A stretch of 64,000 nt of DNA, from assembly GCA_000004985.1 (NCBI GenBank), contig GG738854.1. One strand, 5' to 3'. Positions 10,721-22,049 of the stretch are shown piece after piece (positions within the stretch are counted from its first letter, which is position 1; every line of letters starts with the position of its first letter). Source of the stretch: Naegleria gruberi (Eukaryota). A program made the translations under genes and the position numbers. The notes below the pieces were generated by a model. That model had not been told where the DNA came from and ran no database searches. It worked only from the letters and a program-made list of their open reading frames with translations.

Positions 10721-11737
10721 ATGACGCAAATAGAATCAGCACTTACTGAAGATTACAGGCCTGTAAAATTGCTTCTCCTTGATCATTGTCATGATGATAG
10801 AGAAAATAATCTCCATCAAAAATTAACTCTTAAATTGAGACAATCCGATAGAATTGTTTTGATTTATAAAGCCGTGGAAAGATTTAAGAAACATCGAAAA
10901 GTTGATGAGAGATTGGTTCGTGATTTGGACTATGGTTTGCTTGTTGTACAAATAGAAGGTACTGTATTAAGAAAATTGAGAAATCAAGATAGAGAGGTGG
11001 CTTTGGCAGCTGTTGAACAGAATGGAAATTCCTATTCCTATATCAAAGGTGCTTTTCAAAAAGATTTGGAATGTGTGAGGAGGGCTGCCTCCACATGTGG
11101 CAATAGAATTGGTATGAGAATATTGAATCAAACTAAGAATCTATTCACTGATGAAGAGCGAATGGGCGTGATGAAACTAATGTTGGAAAATAGTAGATTG
11201 AATCTGGTTTACCTATTTAGATACATGTCCCCAGATTGGTTCAAAAGCTTGGAATTTTGCATGGAATTGCTTCCCAAAGTTGGGAATCATTTGTTTTCTG
11301 TTTTTTTTGATTCGTTTAGAGGGAATAGAGATGCATTGTTGCAACTCTTAAGAAATTGTACAACATTTGATAATAATTTTCCACAATTAGTGGAAAAACA
11401 TGTGTGGGATAAGGAATTAGTTTTGGAGATGGTGTCAAGGGTGGGTATTTCAATTGAACACGTACCACGAAACTTACAAGCTGACAGAGATGTTATTCTG
11501 ACAGCCGTAAAAAACGATGGAAGAGCATTGATGTTTGCCCATCCTCCACATAATGCTGATTTTGAAATTGTCACAAATGCAGTCAAAAGTAATGCAAGAG
11601 CCTTTTTCTATGTTGATAATGAGTTAAAGTCATCAAAGAAATTCATTGAAATATGCATGAGAGAAAATCTTGATGATTTTATTATTTTGAGAAAATGTGA
11701 TTTCGAGGTTGATAATGCCTTTAAAAAGTTCGAGTGA
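10721..11737 (+). CDS. DUF4116-like repeat protein (338 aa)
   Basis: aaaaaaaaATG start. Repeats such as DREVALAAVEQNGNSYSYIKGAFQKDLECV and DRDVILTAVKNDGRALMFAHPPHNADFEIVTNAVKSNARAFFYVDNELKS match the DUF4116 pattern (xE(v/i)xLxAVxqNGxALxya..l..D.e). The TGA stop at 11735..11737 directly abuts a tRNA-half fragment. Confidence 0.5.
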   Translation: MTQIESALTEDYRPVKLLLLDHCHDDRENNLHQKLTLKLRQSDRIVLIYKAVERFKKHRKVDERLVRDLDYGLLVVQIEGTVLRKLRNQDREVALAAVEQNGNSYSYIKGAFQKDLECVRRAASTCGNRIGMRILNQTKNLFTDEERMGVMKLMLENSRLNLVYLFRYMSPDWFKSLEFCMELLPKVGNHLFSVFFDSFRGNRDALLQLLRNCTTFDNNFPQLVEKHVWDKELVLEMVSRVGISIEHVPRNLQADRDVILTAVKNDGRALMFAHPPHNADFEIVTNAVKSNARAFFYVDNELKSSKKFIEICMRENLDDFIILRKCDFEVDNAFKKFE

Positions 11738-11740
11738 TTA

Positions 11741-11760
11741 ATGTAGCTCACATGGTAGAG
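11741..11760 (+). repeat. Truncated tRNA-Ala 5' half (pseudo-tRNA fragment)
   Basis: ATGTAGCTCACATGGTAGAG is identical to positions 5-24 of the intact tRNA-Ala 121 bp downstream, then diverges (TGGGACTATT). It lacks the acceptor 5' GGGG, the anticodon arm and the T arm. Confidence 0.6.
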
Positions 11761-11861
11761 TGGGACTATTATTATCTATTTTATTAAGTAACTTAAGTGA
11801 TTAGGAAGCATATGAGGCCTATTGGAAATGTTGTATTAAGCATTGGTTAATCTTATTGTAA

Positions 11862-11934
11862 GGGGATGTAGCTCACATGGTAGAGCGCTTCTTTAGCATG
11901 GAAGAGGTACGGGGATCGATACCCCGCATCTCCA
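11862..11934 (+). tRNA. tRNA-Ala (anticodon AGC)
   Basis: GGGGATGTAGCTCACATGGTAGAGCGCTTCTTTAGCATGGAAGAGGTACGGGGATCGATACCCCGCATCTCCA. Acceptor GGGGATG/CATCTCC carries the diagnostic G3:U70 pair. Anticodon loop TTAGCAT; T-arm CGGGG-ATCGATA-CCCCG. 73 nt, no intron. Confidence 0.9.
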
Positions 11935-12004
11935 GCTTACTTTTTGCAGACGTTCATTTATTAGAAAGTTCGAAATGACCTACTTTTTAAATTAGCAAAA
12001 CTTT

Positions 12005-13738
12005 TTAATGAATGTCACCTCCAATGAAATTCAACCGACTTCCAATATTTTCCAATATTATTGGAACATACTCAACAGCTTCTCCGTCAATTGTCAGATA
12101 ACTCTTCTTTGTTGAGGTTGGCTTAAAGTACATCGCCTTAATTTTACGATACAACCACTTGTCATGGTTATGATAGTCTCCCTTCTCACAGCTCAATAAA
12201 ATAGATAAAAGTTCAAGAGGACTGGCAGGCTTCTTCACATACATCAAATCGACAAGGTTGTCATTGTGGAAGCTTAAATGGGAAGCTACAAAATCTGCTG
12301 CAGCATGAGAGACATTACTTGCAAACATATAGGTGAAGGATTGGTCGACTTCTTCGTGCTTTACATATTCTTCAGTATTAACAATACTTGCCTGCTTTGA
12401 ACTATCCAAATATTGGGTCAGGCCCATTTCCTTTAACTCTTTAGAGAGGAATTGACGTGATATTGGACTGTCCAATTCAATTTTTGATTTCAAATCAGTT
12501 TGCACAAAGGCACTGTTAATAGAGTGATTTCCTTTGAATTCTTCAATTTCAGCTCCATTTTGTTTCTTCAAGTATTCATATTTCTTTGGTTGAACAATCG
12601 TCAAATTACCTGTATAGTATCTTCCAAAACAAGCGTACCATACAGATCCTAGAATGAATCTGAAATCTCCAATGAATCTAATAAATTCAGTATCAACATC
12701 CACATCGGCAATGCCACCAAAACTAAAACTAACAAATCCATAAGTCTTTCCTTTTCCAGGTTGGAAGACTGTCCACAAATCCATAGGAGAACAAAGACCT
12801 CTACAAATAAATAGAGTGCCTCTCTTGACCAAGCTTTCGTCATTGGTTATGGTGTTGAATCCAAACAAGAATTTTTGGAAATGACAACTCACTGCATTAC
12901 CACTTCCAGTTGGAATGACACCAAATCTCATCTTTGAAAGTAAATCCAATTTTCCTTCTTTTTCTAATCTTGGAATTAAACCATTTATGACTTCATTCAG
13001 AGTACCGTCTCCACCACAAGCTATAATTTCATTAACCTTACTCAAATCCAACTCTTTTTCACAATATTCTTTAATGTGACCAGATCTCTTAGAAACAATA
13101 AACTCAAAATTATTTCCAATATGACTTTCTGTAATCATTGGCTTGACAATATTCTCAAAATTTTGTAAAGATTGACCTGATCCACTCTTTGGGTTAATAA
13201 ATATCAATAATTTTCTATTGGATTGAACTAATTGCTCTCCAGATTCAACTCTAAATATTTTCTTCTTTAACAAATCAGCAAGTGATTGAACCAATTCCGA
13301 GCTAGGACCACTAATTGTCATCTTTTCCTTGTGATTGGTAATTAAATTCAAACTCAACAAGACCACTCTATCTTCTTCTTCGGAATGGACAGCATAAAAC
13401 TCATAGAGAGGAATAATTCTGGTTTCTTGCTGGTTATTACTGGAGGTAATAATTAATTGTTCATCAAAAACTTCAACAGTACAATCAGAAATTATATTTG
13501 AATAGCCTTGTCCGTCCTGTACTTTATAGTCTACTGTCATATTGGCAGCTTTCATCAAGGATTGTCCCTTCTTTTCCAAGTAGAGTATGTGTTTATCCCG
13601 ATTAGCATGTTTGTTGAGTATTTCACTCATCTGTTGATAGGGAGAGCTATTCTTCTTATTATTCTTCTTCCACAAATATCCGACAACTATCACCACAGCA
13701 ATCACCAAGGCAGTAAATAACCAAGTGTTATCCAACAT
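12005..13738 (-). CDS. Lipid kinase of the diacylglycerol/sphingosine kinase catalytic family (LCB5/SphK-like) with an N-terminal transmembrane anchor
   Basis: True ATG at 13738 (agaaaaaatATG); the ORF-track start at 13783 is TTG. TM helix WLFTALVIAVVIVVGYLW. DAGK_cat motifs KLLIFINPKSGSGQ ... IIACGGDGTLNEVINGL. 577 aa. The HIRA stop lies 64 bp upstream. Confidence 0.65.
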   Translation of the reverse strand: MLDNTWLFTALVIAVVIVVGYLWKKNNKKNSSPYQQMSEILNKHANRDKHILYLEKKGQSLMKAANMTVDYKVQDGQGYSNIISDCTVEVFDEQLIITSSNNQQETRIIPLYEFYAVHSEEEDRVVLLSLNLITNHKEKMTISGPSSELVQSLADLLKKKIFRVESGEQLVQSNRKLLIFINPKSGSGQSLQNFENIVKPMITESHIGNNFEFIVSKRSGHIKEYCEKELDLSKVNEIIACGGDGTLNEVINGLIPRLEKEGKLDLLSKMRFGVIPTGSGNAVSCHFQKFLFGFNTITNDESLVKRGTLFICRGLCSPMDLWTVFQPGKGKTYGFVSFSFGGIADVDVDTEFIRFIGDFRFILGSVWYACFGRYYTGNLTIVQPKKYEYLKKQNGAEIEEFKGNHSINSAFVQTDLKSKIELDSPISRQFLSKELKEMGLTQYLDSSKQASIVNTEEYVKHEEVDQSFTYMFASNVSHAAADFVASHLSFHNDNLVDLMYVKKPASPLELLSILLSCEKGDYHNHDKWLYRKIKAMYFKPTSTKKSYLTIDGEAVEYVPIILENIGSRLNFIGGDIH

Positions 13739-13802
13739 ATTTTTTCTAACAATGATTTTGGATAATAGTGTTAAATCGTTCAATTCGGAAGTATTGAGTG
13801 GT

Positions 13803-16481
13803 TTATTTATTGATTTCGGCTAAGAGATTTGCAAAATCAGAGCAAATTCTCTTTATCAACAAGTCAGGCGAGGAGCTTAACATGGTGACGAGGTGTTGGA
13901 GAATCAATCTCTTTGGAGTTCCAGCAATGAGTGGATTCCAATTTGTGGATGTAGATTTTGGATCCCAAGGACCTAAGAGAGAACGGAAGAGATCAGTCAG
14001 TCTGTTATTATTAATCTTTGCCAAATGTTTTGCATAGGATTGAACAGCATACATGTAACTTCCAATATCTCCAATTGCTGCTGCAGATGTCATGGCAAGC
14101 TCTAGGTCATCTATGATATCAATGTTAGCAGTTTCTGTTGTTGGTGTTATTTCTGGATGTTCAAGTCTGAATTTTTGCACTGCTTTGGCAGCCTTGTTTC
14201 TTAATACTTTGAGTGTCACTTCAGCATCTTCAAAATTAACATCCTCAATTTCTTCAAGGTTTACTCTGCCTTGAGAAAGGAAAGGAGAAAATACTGAATG
14301 TGAATCGGCAACACAAATCCATGTGTTCAAATTTACATCAAAAGCAAAAGATTCACCACTAGTTAATGTTACAATACCAACACCTTTAGCTGTCACAGCA
14401 ATATCATCAACAATTCTCATCTCTACAGAAGTAATGGACGTGTTGCTTAGTAATGGGTCTGCACTGCAACGTACAAGGCACTTTTGCTTCCTGACATCCC
14501 ACACATAAAACATTAGCTCTGCAGTGTAAGCTGCCAAGAAATCTCCTGAACAATTTACATGTTCAATCTTTGAATCTAAAACTAATGGAGGTAATAATCT
14601 CATACCAGACTCTGTTGAAAAAACATGGCACTGATTGGAAGGGAATGTACATACAGCAATAAAGAATTGAGTACCAGCAGCCAAGTTTGGATAACTATGA
14701 AGGACGCTACCCGTTCCTGAAACTGTGCTCTTCCATTCTAGAGCGTTGTTTCGTTTCAATTCAACAATACCCTCCAGTGAGCAGAATAATTCATCTCTGG
14801 CATTAAGTCTTAAATAGAGTGGCTCAGCAGTAATGGTAGATAAATCCCTTAAAGGATTAATTGGATTCTTTGTTTTTTTCTTATTCTTTTTCGAATTATC
14901 TTCTGGTTCAATACGTGTTCTTTTCTTTGTTACTTCGGTTGTTACTTTCAAAATGTCAGATGTTGAATATGTACTAGGGGCAAATCCAATTGATGTCTCC
15001 ACAGCATTAACTCCTATTCTATTTGAAATTACATCATTCAACATGTTTTCCTTTTGCGTATCAATATTGAATGGACCAGTAGCAAAATTTTTGAGAGTGT
15101 TTTCCTCCTCTTCTTCATCATCATCAAAAGAAGTATGTACTGGTACAATTCTCTTTTTACCATTAACTATTTCAGTTCGTTGTGTAACTGATGGTTTTGG
15201 TTTTGGTGGTATGACATTGTTAGAACTACTAGAGGTTGCTAGAGAAGCTAAAGGATTAGACTGCAATTGTGGAAGAGGTGCAATTTCTCCAAGTTGAGGA
15301 ATTGCAAAAATGGTGCTAGGATATTCAGACAAAACTGTACCAAGCTCCATGTCTCCGTAATATTGTTCGAGGTATTCTTTTTTTTCTCTTTGACTTAATG
15401 GATTTCCAAAGAAGCCTGAAGGGAATGTGATTGAGTGTACTGAACCATCATTACTTGATACTAATAAAGACAACCCATCTGCACTCCATACAATGTCACT
15501 AATTGACTGTTTACAAATATTGTTAATATGAATCATTGGCTTTGGAATTTCAGAAGAAAAAACGCTTATCGTATCTTCAGTGCTCACTGCAAAGAAAGTC
15601 CAAGGTTTGGCTTTCTTCTTGAAAATACATGGATTAAAAGCAGTAAACCAAACAGGGTGATTATTGTGGAAAGGGATACATTGGGAGAAATCGTCCTGTC
15701 TCATATAAATATTTGCACAATAAACAGTCTTTGTGTATGCATTTGGAATAATCAAGAATTGACCACAAGGAGAAAATGAAGGTTTGTAAACAGCAATATC
15801 AACCTTACCGAATACATTACTAATCCTTTTGTGAAATTGAAAAACACCATCATTAAGGGCCCAAATAAATACAGAATGATCCGATTGAGATACAAGATAC
15901 TTTCCGATAGGATCAAAGGTAACACCTTTCACAAATTCATTGTGGTCGCTGGATTTCAATACAATATCACCAACATTTTTTGCTCTCATATCATAGACTA
16001 CTACAGAATTGTCAATTGAACAAGAAGCTAAATATCGTGAGTCACCACTCCAAGCAATAGACAGCACATCACTTGTGTGAGTCTTGAAATGTTTGATCCT
16101 CTTCCAACTCTCTTTATCAGTATTTGCTTTGGAGACCTTGTACACACTAACAGAAAAGTCATCAGAATTGGCTGCAATAAATTTACCATCTGGACTAAAC
16201 CTTGCACAATTAGTATTTCCACCAATTTTCTGGATACAGAAATCCGATTCTGTTTTAATAGTAGCGACTGATGAAGATAATTCGGTCTCTGTGATTGCAG
16301 TATCACCTGATGGTTTTGTAGAGTTGATGTAAGAAGTAGCTTTCCATATGTTGATCAACTCATCTGAACAAGTTAAAAATCTACTATTATCGGGATGAAC
16401 ATCAATAGAAAAAACAGGTTGTTCAGAAGAAATCCAGTTAATTTTTTCTGCAATGGCTTTTGGTTGTTGTTGTTCTTCCAT
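13803..16481 (-). CDS. HIRA: HIRA histone chaperone homologue (WD40 N-terminus plus Hira C-terminal region), intronless
   Basis: True ATG at 16481 (aaaaaaaaATGgaagaa). Motifs match HIRA closely: PVFSIDVHPD, IWKATSYIN, LASCSIDNSVVVYD, FVKGVTFDPIGKYLVSQSDHSVFIW, FNPCIFKKKAK and LLVSSNDGSVHSITFPSGFFGNPLSQREKKEY. A central S/T/acidic linker and a conserved C-terminal region follow. 892 aa. Confidence 0.85.
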   Translation of the reverse strand: MEEQQQPKAIAEKINWISSEQPVFSIDVHPDNSRFLTCSDELINIWKATSYINSTKPSGDTAITETELSSSVATIKTESDFCIQKIGGNTNCARFSPDGKFIAANSDDFSVSVYKVSKANTDKESWKRIKHFKTHTSDVLSIAWSGDSRYLASCSIDNSVVVYDMRAKNVGDIVLKSSDHNEFVKGVTFDPIGKYLVSQSDHSVFIWALNDGVFQFHKRISNVFGKVDIAVYKPSFSPCGQFLIIPNAYTKTVYCANIYMRQDDFSQCIPFHNNHPVWFTAFNPCIFKKKAKPWTFFAVSTEDTISVFSSEIPKPMIHINNICKQSISDIVWSADGLSLLVSSNDGSVHSITFPSGFFGNPLSQREKKEYLEQYYGDMELGTVLSEYPSTIFAIPQLGEIAPLPQLQSNPLASLATSSSSNNVIPPKPKPSVTQRTEIVNGKKRIVPVHTSFDDDEEEEENTLKNFATGPFNIDTQKENMLNDVISNRIGVNAVETSIGFAPSTYSTSDILKVTTEVTKKRTRIEPEDNSKKNKKKTKNPINPLRDLSTITAEPLYLRLNARDELFCSLEGIVELKRNNALEWKSTVSGTGSVLHSYPNLAAGTQFFIAVCTFPSNQCHVFSTESGMRLLPPLVLDSKIEHVNCSGDFLAAYTAELMFYVWDVRKQKCLVRCSADPLLSNTSITSVEMRIVDDIAVTAKGVGIVTLTSGESFAFDVNLNTWICVADSHSVFSPFLSQGRVNLEEIEDVNFEDAEVTLKVLRNKAAKAVQKFRLEHPEITPTTETANIDIIDDLELAMTSAAAIGDIGSYMYAVQSYAKHLAKINNNRLTDLFRSLLGPWDPKSTSTNWNPLIAGTPKRLILQHLVTMLSSSPDLLIKRICSDFANLLAEINK

Positions 16482-16642
16482 TTTTTTTAAATTTTTTGAA
16501 AGGAATAATTTTGGCGGCAAGTTAAATTCGAATTTTTTTGTTAAATTTCAACTAATATTTTTGAAAACATAGATTAAATTGTTAATGTTTCTTCCAATAA
16601 ACAGAAAAAGTTTGAATTTTGAAATTTTGAAATATTCTTTAA

Positions 16643-17740
16643 TTATTTCTTCTTCTTTGCAATTTGGAAATCTTTAGAGTCTTTTCTTGGTGCCTTGCTT
16701 CCTTTGACTTTGTAATGACCTTTAGCTTGGGCCATAAGATGTACCTTCTTGGTCTTTCTGGTATCTTTTTCTGTCAAATGTTGGAAGATATTGATGGCGT
16801 TTGTCTTTAATTGACCTGTCTTTTTCTTGGAGTTTTCCTTTAAAATTCTACTACTGATCTTCATAGCCTTAGTCTTTTCATCCTTTGATTTTGATCCAGA
16901 AGCTACCAAGTGTGAAATACCCTTCTTGACAGGCATTGACTTTTCGTCTTTAACTTGTGTATCAAATTTACCCATACTTGCTGTACTCACTCTGGCAAAA
17001 TCATATGCATTAAGAAAATCATCCTTCATTCCAAGATGTGCTCGCTTTGGATTAATTTTACCTCCATTAACGTTAGAAATCTTCAAAGATGATGGAGCAG
17101 TTGGATTATATTTGTTTTTCATAGCAAGAGCTCTATTTTCCTTTTCAGCATCATTTGAACCCTTCTTAGCAGCTCCTTTACCGATATTTGTGACTTGATT
17201 TTTAAGTTGTAGTCTCTTCTTTTCCTTCTTTTCTAATTGTCTTTGTAAGAATGGATCTTCGAATTTCTCGTCACCTGCCTTAGCTGGTATAATTATATCA
17301 TTTTCAGCAGCATTATTGGCCTTCTTCCAACCAAATCTAGGTCTAAATTCGTCATGTACTTCATCATAAACCAAAGCATCCCTTTCATTCTTTCCTCTAA
17401 CACGGAGACCCTTTTCTTGTTGGTATTTTTCAAATCGGGTCATTTCTCGTTTCTTTGGACATGGTTTTCCTCTAGGTAAACGGAACTCTGGGTCAGGTAA
17501 TTCGGCATAAAGACCTGTTTCTTCATGTGTAATATTTTCAATTTGGAAAAGACGATTTACTAATAATTGTACATTGTCTCTAGCACTGTTAAGAAGTTGA
17601 TCTTGTGATGGAGTTTCAATCGGATGTACATCTAAACACATTAAATGACCAATATCATATTCCAAATCATCGGTCTTCTCCACAGATGATGCTTTAAAGG
17701 TTTGTTGCGATGAGGTTTTGTTGAGTGAACGTGCAACCAT
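16643..17740 (-). CDS. RRS1: Ribosome biogenesis regulatory protein RRS1 homologue
   Basis: caaaaaaaATG start. Motifs YDIGHLMCLD, ARDNVQLLVNRLFQI, ELPDPEFRLPRGKPCPK and ARVSTASMGKFD match the RRS1 family. Lys-rich C-terminal tail. 365 aa. Confidence 0.8.
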   Translation of the reverse strand: MVARSLNKTSSQQTFKASSVEKTDDLEYDIGHLMCLDVHPIETPSQDQLLNSARDNVQLLVNRLFQIENITHEETGLYAELPDPEFRLPRGKPCPKKREMTRFEKYQQEKGLRVRGKNERDALVYDEVHDEFRPRFGWKKANNAAENDIIIPAKAGDEKFEDPFLQRQLEKKEKKRLQLKNQVTNIGKGAAKKGSNDAEKENRALAMKNKYNPTAPSSLKISNVNGGKINPKRAHLGMKDDFLNAYDFARVSTASMGKFDTQVKDEKSMPVKKGISHLVASGSKSKDEKTKAMKISSRILKENSKKKTGQLKTNAINIFQHLTEKDTRKTKKVHLMAQAKGHYKVKGSKAPRKDSKDFQIAKKKK

Positions 17741-17961
17741 TTTTTTTGAAGTTATTTTTTCAACTAAATTTTTGATGAAGCGAAAACGAATATCATCACC
17801 ATCAGGAATATTATTTTTTATTTAGTGATTTTAAATTCTAATCCTAAGTAGATGGTATTGTTTAAAAGTTTTAAATATAAGATACATATTGTTCAATATT
17901 ACAATCATTTCATAATATTAAATAGAATTTAATTAAACATTATGTAGAAGGAATTAAAAAA
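17741..17961. promoter_or_regulatory. 221-bp divergent promoter region between RRS1 (-) and the large 17962 gene (+)
   Basis: Both flanking genes start with A-rich ATG contexts facing away from this AT-rich spacer. Confidence 0.4.
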
Positions 17962-20900
17962 ATGCAAAACAATGTAGAGGAAACAAAATTTAATAACAAT
18001 AATAGTAGTACTAATAACATGGTCAACAACAATACAAGTATTGGAAAGGAGAATGGTGGAGAGAATGCCTATATTGATGATTCGTTGGAAACTTTACCAA
18101 TGCGATCTGCTAGAAGAATCATTCAATTCATTGGTGAGAAATTATCAAATGATTCGGAAATTACTCCATCCAAAAGGAAAGCCATCGAATCCATCATTAC
18201 AGAGGATAGAATAATGAAGGAAATTGAACAATTGGTAGGGAAGGATTACTTTAATTTGAGTGAGGAAGTAACAAGCCTTGGAAGGAAAATTAATATGAAT
18301 CAAAAGATGGATGTTGAGTATTCTGATAGACCAGAGCCTATTGTTCTTACCAATCGAGTAAAGATGCTCTATGGAGGAGAGAATGATAAATCAAAGGTAG
18401 TTTCCTCAACATTGAGAAGATTTGATAAATCCAAATATTCTCATGCATCAAAATTGAAACAACAACAAGAATTGAATAGGAAATTAATTAATAATTCGAA
18501 AAACTTGAAGGTAGATCCGAGAGATATCGAGGAAAATCAACCAGTTCGATTAGTTTACGATGAGGAAAAGCCAACCCAGAAAGATATTGAAATTTATAGA
18601 GGTGATAAGAATGAAGAATTGACTGATGAGGAACGTGCACTACAACAAGCAGTGAGCTACATGCAAAAGTACAAGGAATACTTTAAATATATACAGGATA
18701 TTAAGGTTAGTAGAGTTTGATATTTTAATTAGAAATGTAAAGTATTTGAGACATATTCCAAGTAAATCAGCTCGTAGTATGATTATTGAGAATTTTGAGA
18801 AATATTTGGTAGGTTTTTGGATAATTTCACTTTTGTTTCATACTGTTGACTAGATGGATGCCAAGTACTATTTACACTTTTATCATAAATATTCGTATTT
18901 TTGGGCTCCAGAGTCAACTAGATCTGTAGAATCCTACAAAGGGCTATTCGTTCCAATTGACAAGAGAAAAGAAGAGGAAACTTTTGATTTTAAATCACTT
19001 GATACTTACGAACCACTGAGGACAATGATTTATCAAGATTTTCATGACAGAGTAAGGAATGGATTACCACCTTCTTTGGATTTGGATGGAAAACTTCCTC
19101 TTCTTGCAATGCACTATGCAAGAACTACCTTTGTACCACCAATGACAAGAGAGGAAATGAACAGGCTTTTCTATCCAATAACAGAGGATGTTAAATATCA
19201 AATTCCAGAATATAAGGGCACCAAAGTAGATAAGGTACAGAATTCTACCATGCTAAATAGATTCCAAAAGTATTACTTTACCAGAAGGCATTTGGCTGGT
19301 TTAAAAACTTTATTTTGGTATTATGACTCGTATACTGAATGCGTAAAACCTGTTGCGGTCGAAGAATTTCTGGATCATTTATCTCGTCTAGTTTACCTTT
19401 TTGAGAATGATTTAGTGAAGGTCAAACATGAAGATCAATGTCTTGGATTATTTCATTCCTTCACACAACATTCTGCCATATCCAAAGAGCTAATAATGAT
19501 TATTTCTTCTTGTTTCTTCATGGGACTACCATTCGTGACATCCTTTGAGAAAATAGATAATATTCAGGATTTGATTTCCAATATTTCTCAATACTGTTCC
19601 CTTCCTGTTATTGCCTCAGCAGATCACAGGATTGTTTCCAAAATACTTGGTAGCAACCAATCGAATATTAGTAAGCTATTGTACTATGGAAATAACGAGT
19701 CATCTTTTCAAAGCGAAAAAGGAACTACTTCTTTTAAGAAGGATCCAATTTCTAATATTCTCAAACCTATCAAAGTAAGTTGAAAAGTTAGAATGAATTA
19801 ATTTATAATCTCTTTTAGCAAATTAGTGTAAATAACAAGCCATCCCATGTCACCTCGTGGGATTACATTCCATCTAATATAGATACCAATATGCATGTGG
19901 TTAATTACAAGGAATCTATTAAAAGTAGGACGAGCGAGTTGGATTCTGCAGATATAGAGAATGTTAGACAATCTACAATATCTAAATATTCAAGCAGAGA
20001 CAAAAGAAATGACCTTCTCTACATGACTTACCATGGAACTCAAGTTGGATGCATAACAGGCTCAACTTTTGAGAGAGTGATTGATTCATTGAATGAACAA
20101 TTTAAAGATTTACTCAATCATATCAAGCAAACAAAATCAAGTGATACTACACCCAAGAAAGTTAATGTTATGATAATGTCCAATGGTTTCAGTATGCTAA
20201 CAATGTATTTGCTTGCATTTTGTTTTGAAAATGCCCTCTCCTTTTCTTTTATTCCTATAACTGAAAAGGAAACAATGCTAAAAAATTTAGGAGAGTTGCA
20301 ACCAGATATTATCATTAGTGATACACATACCATAAATTGGATATCAGAAATTCTTGACTCGGTAACTTTTAACTATAAGTATCCAAACCATAACACTGTT
20401 ATTGACAGTGAACATTTGAACAATATTAACATTGAATATGAAGGGCTAATAACAGACTGGACCATGTCAAATACACTAAAGAACCTGAAAAATACATTCT
20501 CCCAGATTGGAAAGCAAAACCACAATAACCATTGGAATTTACACGGAATAATAACTATTGGAACAGGTTTACCTATTGAGACCATCCATACTCTATCAAA
20601 GAAAGTCAAATTTATATACCAGTTGATACAAGAGGATCATGTTCAATCTCCTCTTTTGGTAAGAAATTTCTCAAACTCTGGACATTATTCACTTGAACGT
20701 GAGATTATGAAACCATGGACCTTTTCGACAATCAATGAAAAAAATCAAATTGTGATAGAGGGAGTTTCTGCAATTGTTAGAAAGAGACCTTTGTTTGAAT
20801 CCCGTAAGGAAGAGGTTATACTCACAGGTATGGAAAATTCAGTATTCGACACGAACGAAAGGTCTAACACCTTGGAACAATCAAATCAATTAAGAAATAA

Positions 20901-21797
20901 TCTTATAGAACAATACAGACAAGTGGAAATGCCAAAAGATGTTCGAGAATCACTCACCAAATGTCTAAGGTTGAAAGAGGAGTTTGATTTTTATGTTCAA
21001 GTACACAAGATGGTACAAAAACGTGAGAGTAGCACCAAGAAACCAACTTCTTTGGCCCTGTTCGATAACATTTTATATTCAGTCTTATTGGATGAGCTGG
21101 AGAGTATTACATCGATTGGTAAAATTGAAGACCTTACTGAAGTTCTCAAGTATTTGGAACTAAGAATAGACTTGACTGCTCAATGTGTACAATTGCAATT
21201 AATTGATTTTAGATTTAGATTTTCATCATCCCTCAGGGAGAAGAAGGTCAAGTTCCATTTCAAACATGATTCTCTTGGAATATTAATTGATAACGTACAA
21301 ACCACTATCAAGACCAATATTTTCTACATTCAAAATAACTTTTGTTTTAGACCATTCATTTCAGATAATGTTTACTATAGTAAGTTTTATTTGTTTCACA
21401 ATATTAAATTGTTCTAGATTTGGATATGATTGAGGGAATATTCCAACACAAGCTTAAAGAACGAGCTATTATTCAAAAGTATAACAACCAATTATATTTA
21501 ATTCTATTCACAAAAAGACCAGATTACAACCTTAGGCCTATCATATTTTCAATGGTGGAGGAGAGTTTGAGAATGAATGGATTTTCATTTAAGGAGAATA
21601 ACAGATGGCCCCTATCAATGTTCGGAACGAGGGGTGGCTCTAGCAAGCTTATTGATGGGCTGAAAAATAGCAAAATTCTATTCTGTTATGGTTTGGACTG
21701 CTTTGATGGCGATAATAGATTGTGTGAGAGGAATAATCAATTAATAATTCAATTTATAGAGCAATATTTTCGTAGAGAAAAATATTCCAAGATGTAA
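17962..21797 (+). CDS. Large hypothetical protein (about 1200 aa), 4 exons, no recognised domain
   Basis: Exons are 17962..18705, 18854..19774, 19819..21379 and 21418..21797. Introns are 18706..18853 (148 nt, GTTAGT..CTAG; supported only by frame continuity and the lack of an A-rich start context at 18854), 19775..19818 (44 nt, GTAAGT..TTTTAG) and 21380..21417 (38 nt, GTAAGT..TTCTAG, phase 1). N-terminus is N-rich (NNNNSSTNNMVNNNTS). Confidence 0.5.
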
Positions 21798-22049
21798 CTT
21801 GGACAATATGGTTGCAAAAAAGTCCTCAACTGTCGAATGAACGAAAGTAGCAGACACTCCATGATGAATAGACCCAAAATTTTGTTGTGCCTCTTCAATA
21901 TGGACAAGATTAGTATCGACACCCACATATTCAACTGTTCACTGTATTATTTGGGCAGTAGCAATTTTGTACCAGGTGAATTTTTAGGCATACCTTAAAC
22001 TTTGTGCAAGATCAAGAATACTTGAATAAAAGAGTCACAAGCTAGTGTA

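Noticed and set aside
16028-16332. Several 60-110 aa ORFs antisense to or overlapping HIRA, VPS34, VPS18, NHL and other genes (for example 14833..15297, 26112..26423, 50641..51366)
   Set aside because: They lie entirely inside long conserved genes on the other strand or frame, they have low complexity, and they carry no start context. They are typical spurious ORFs.
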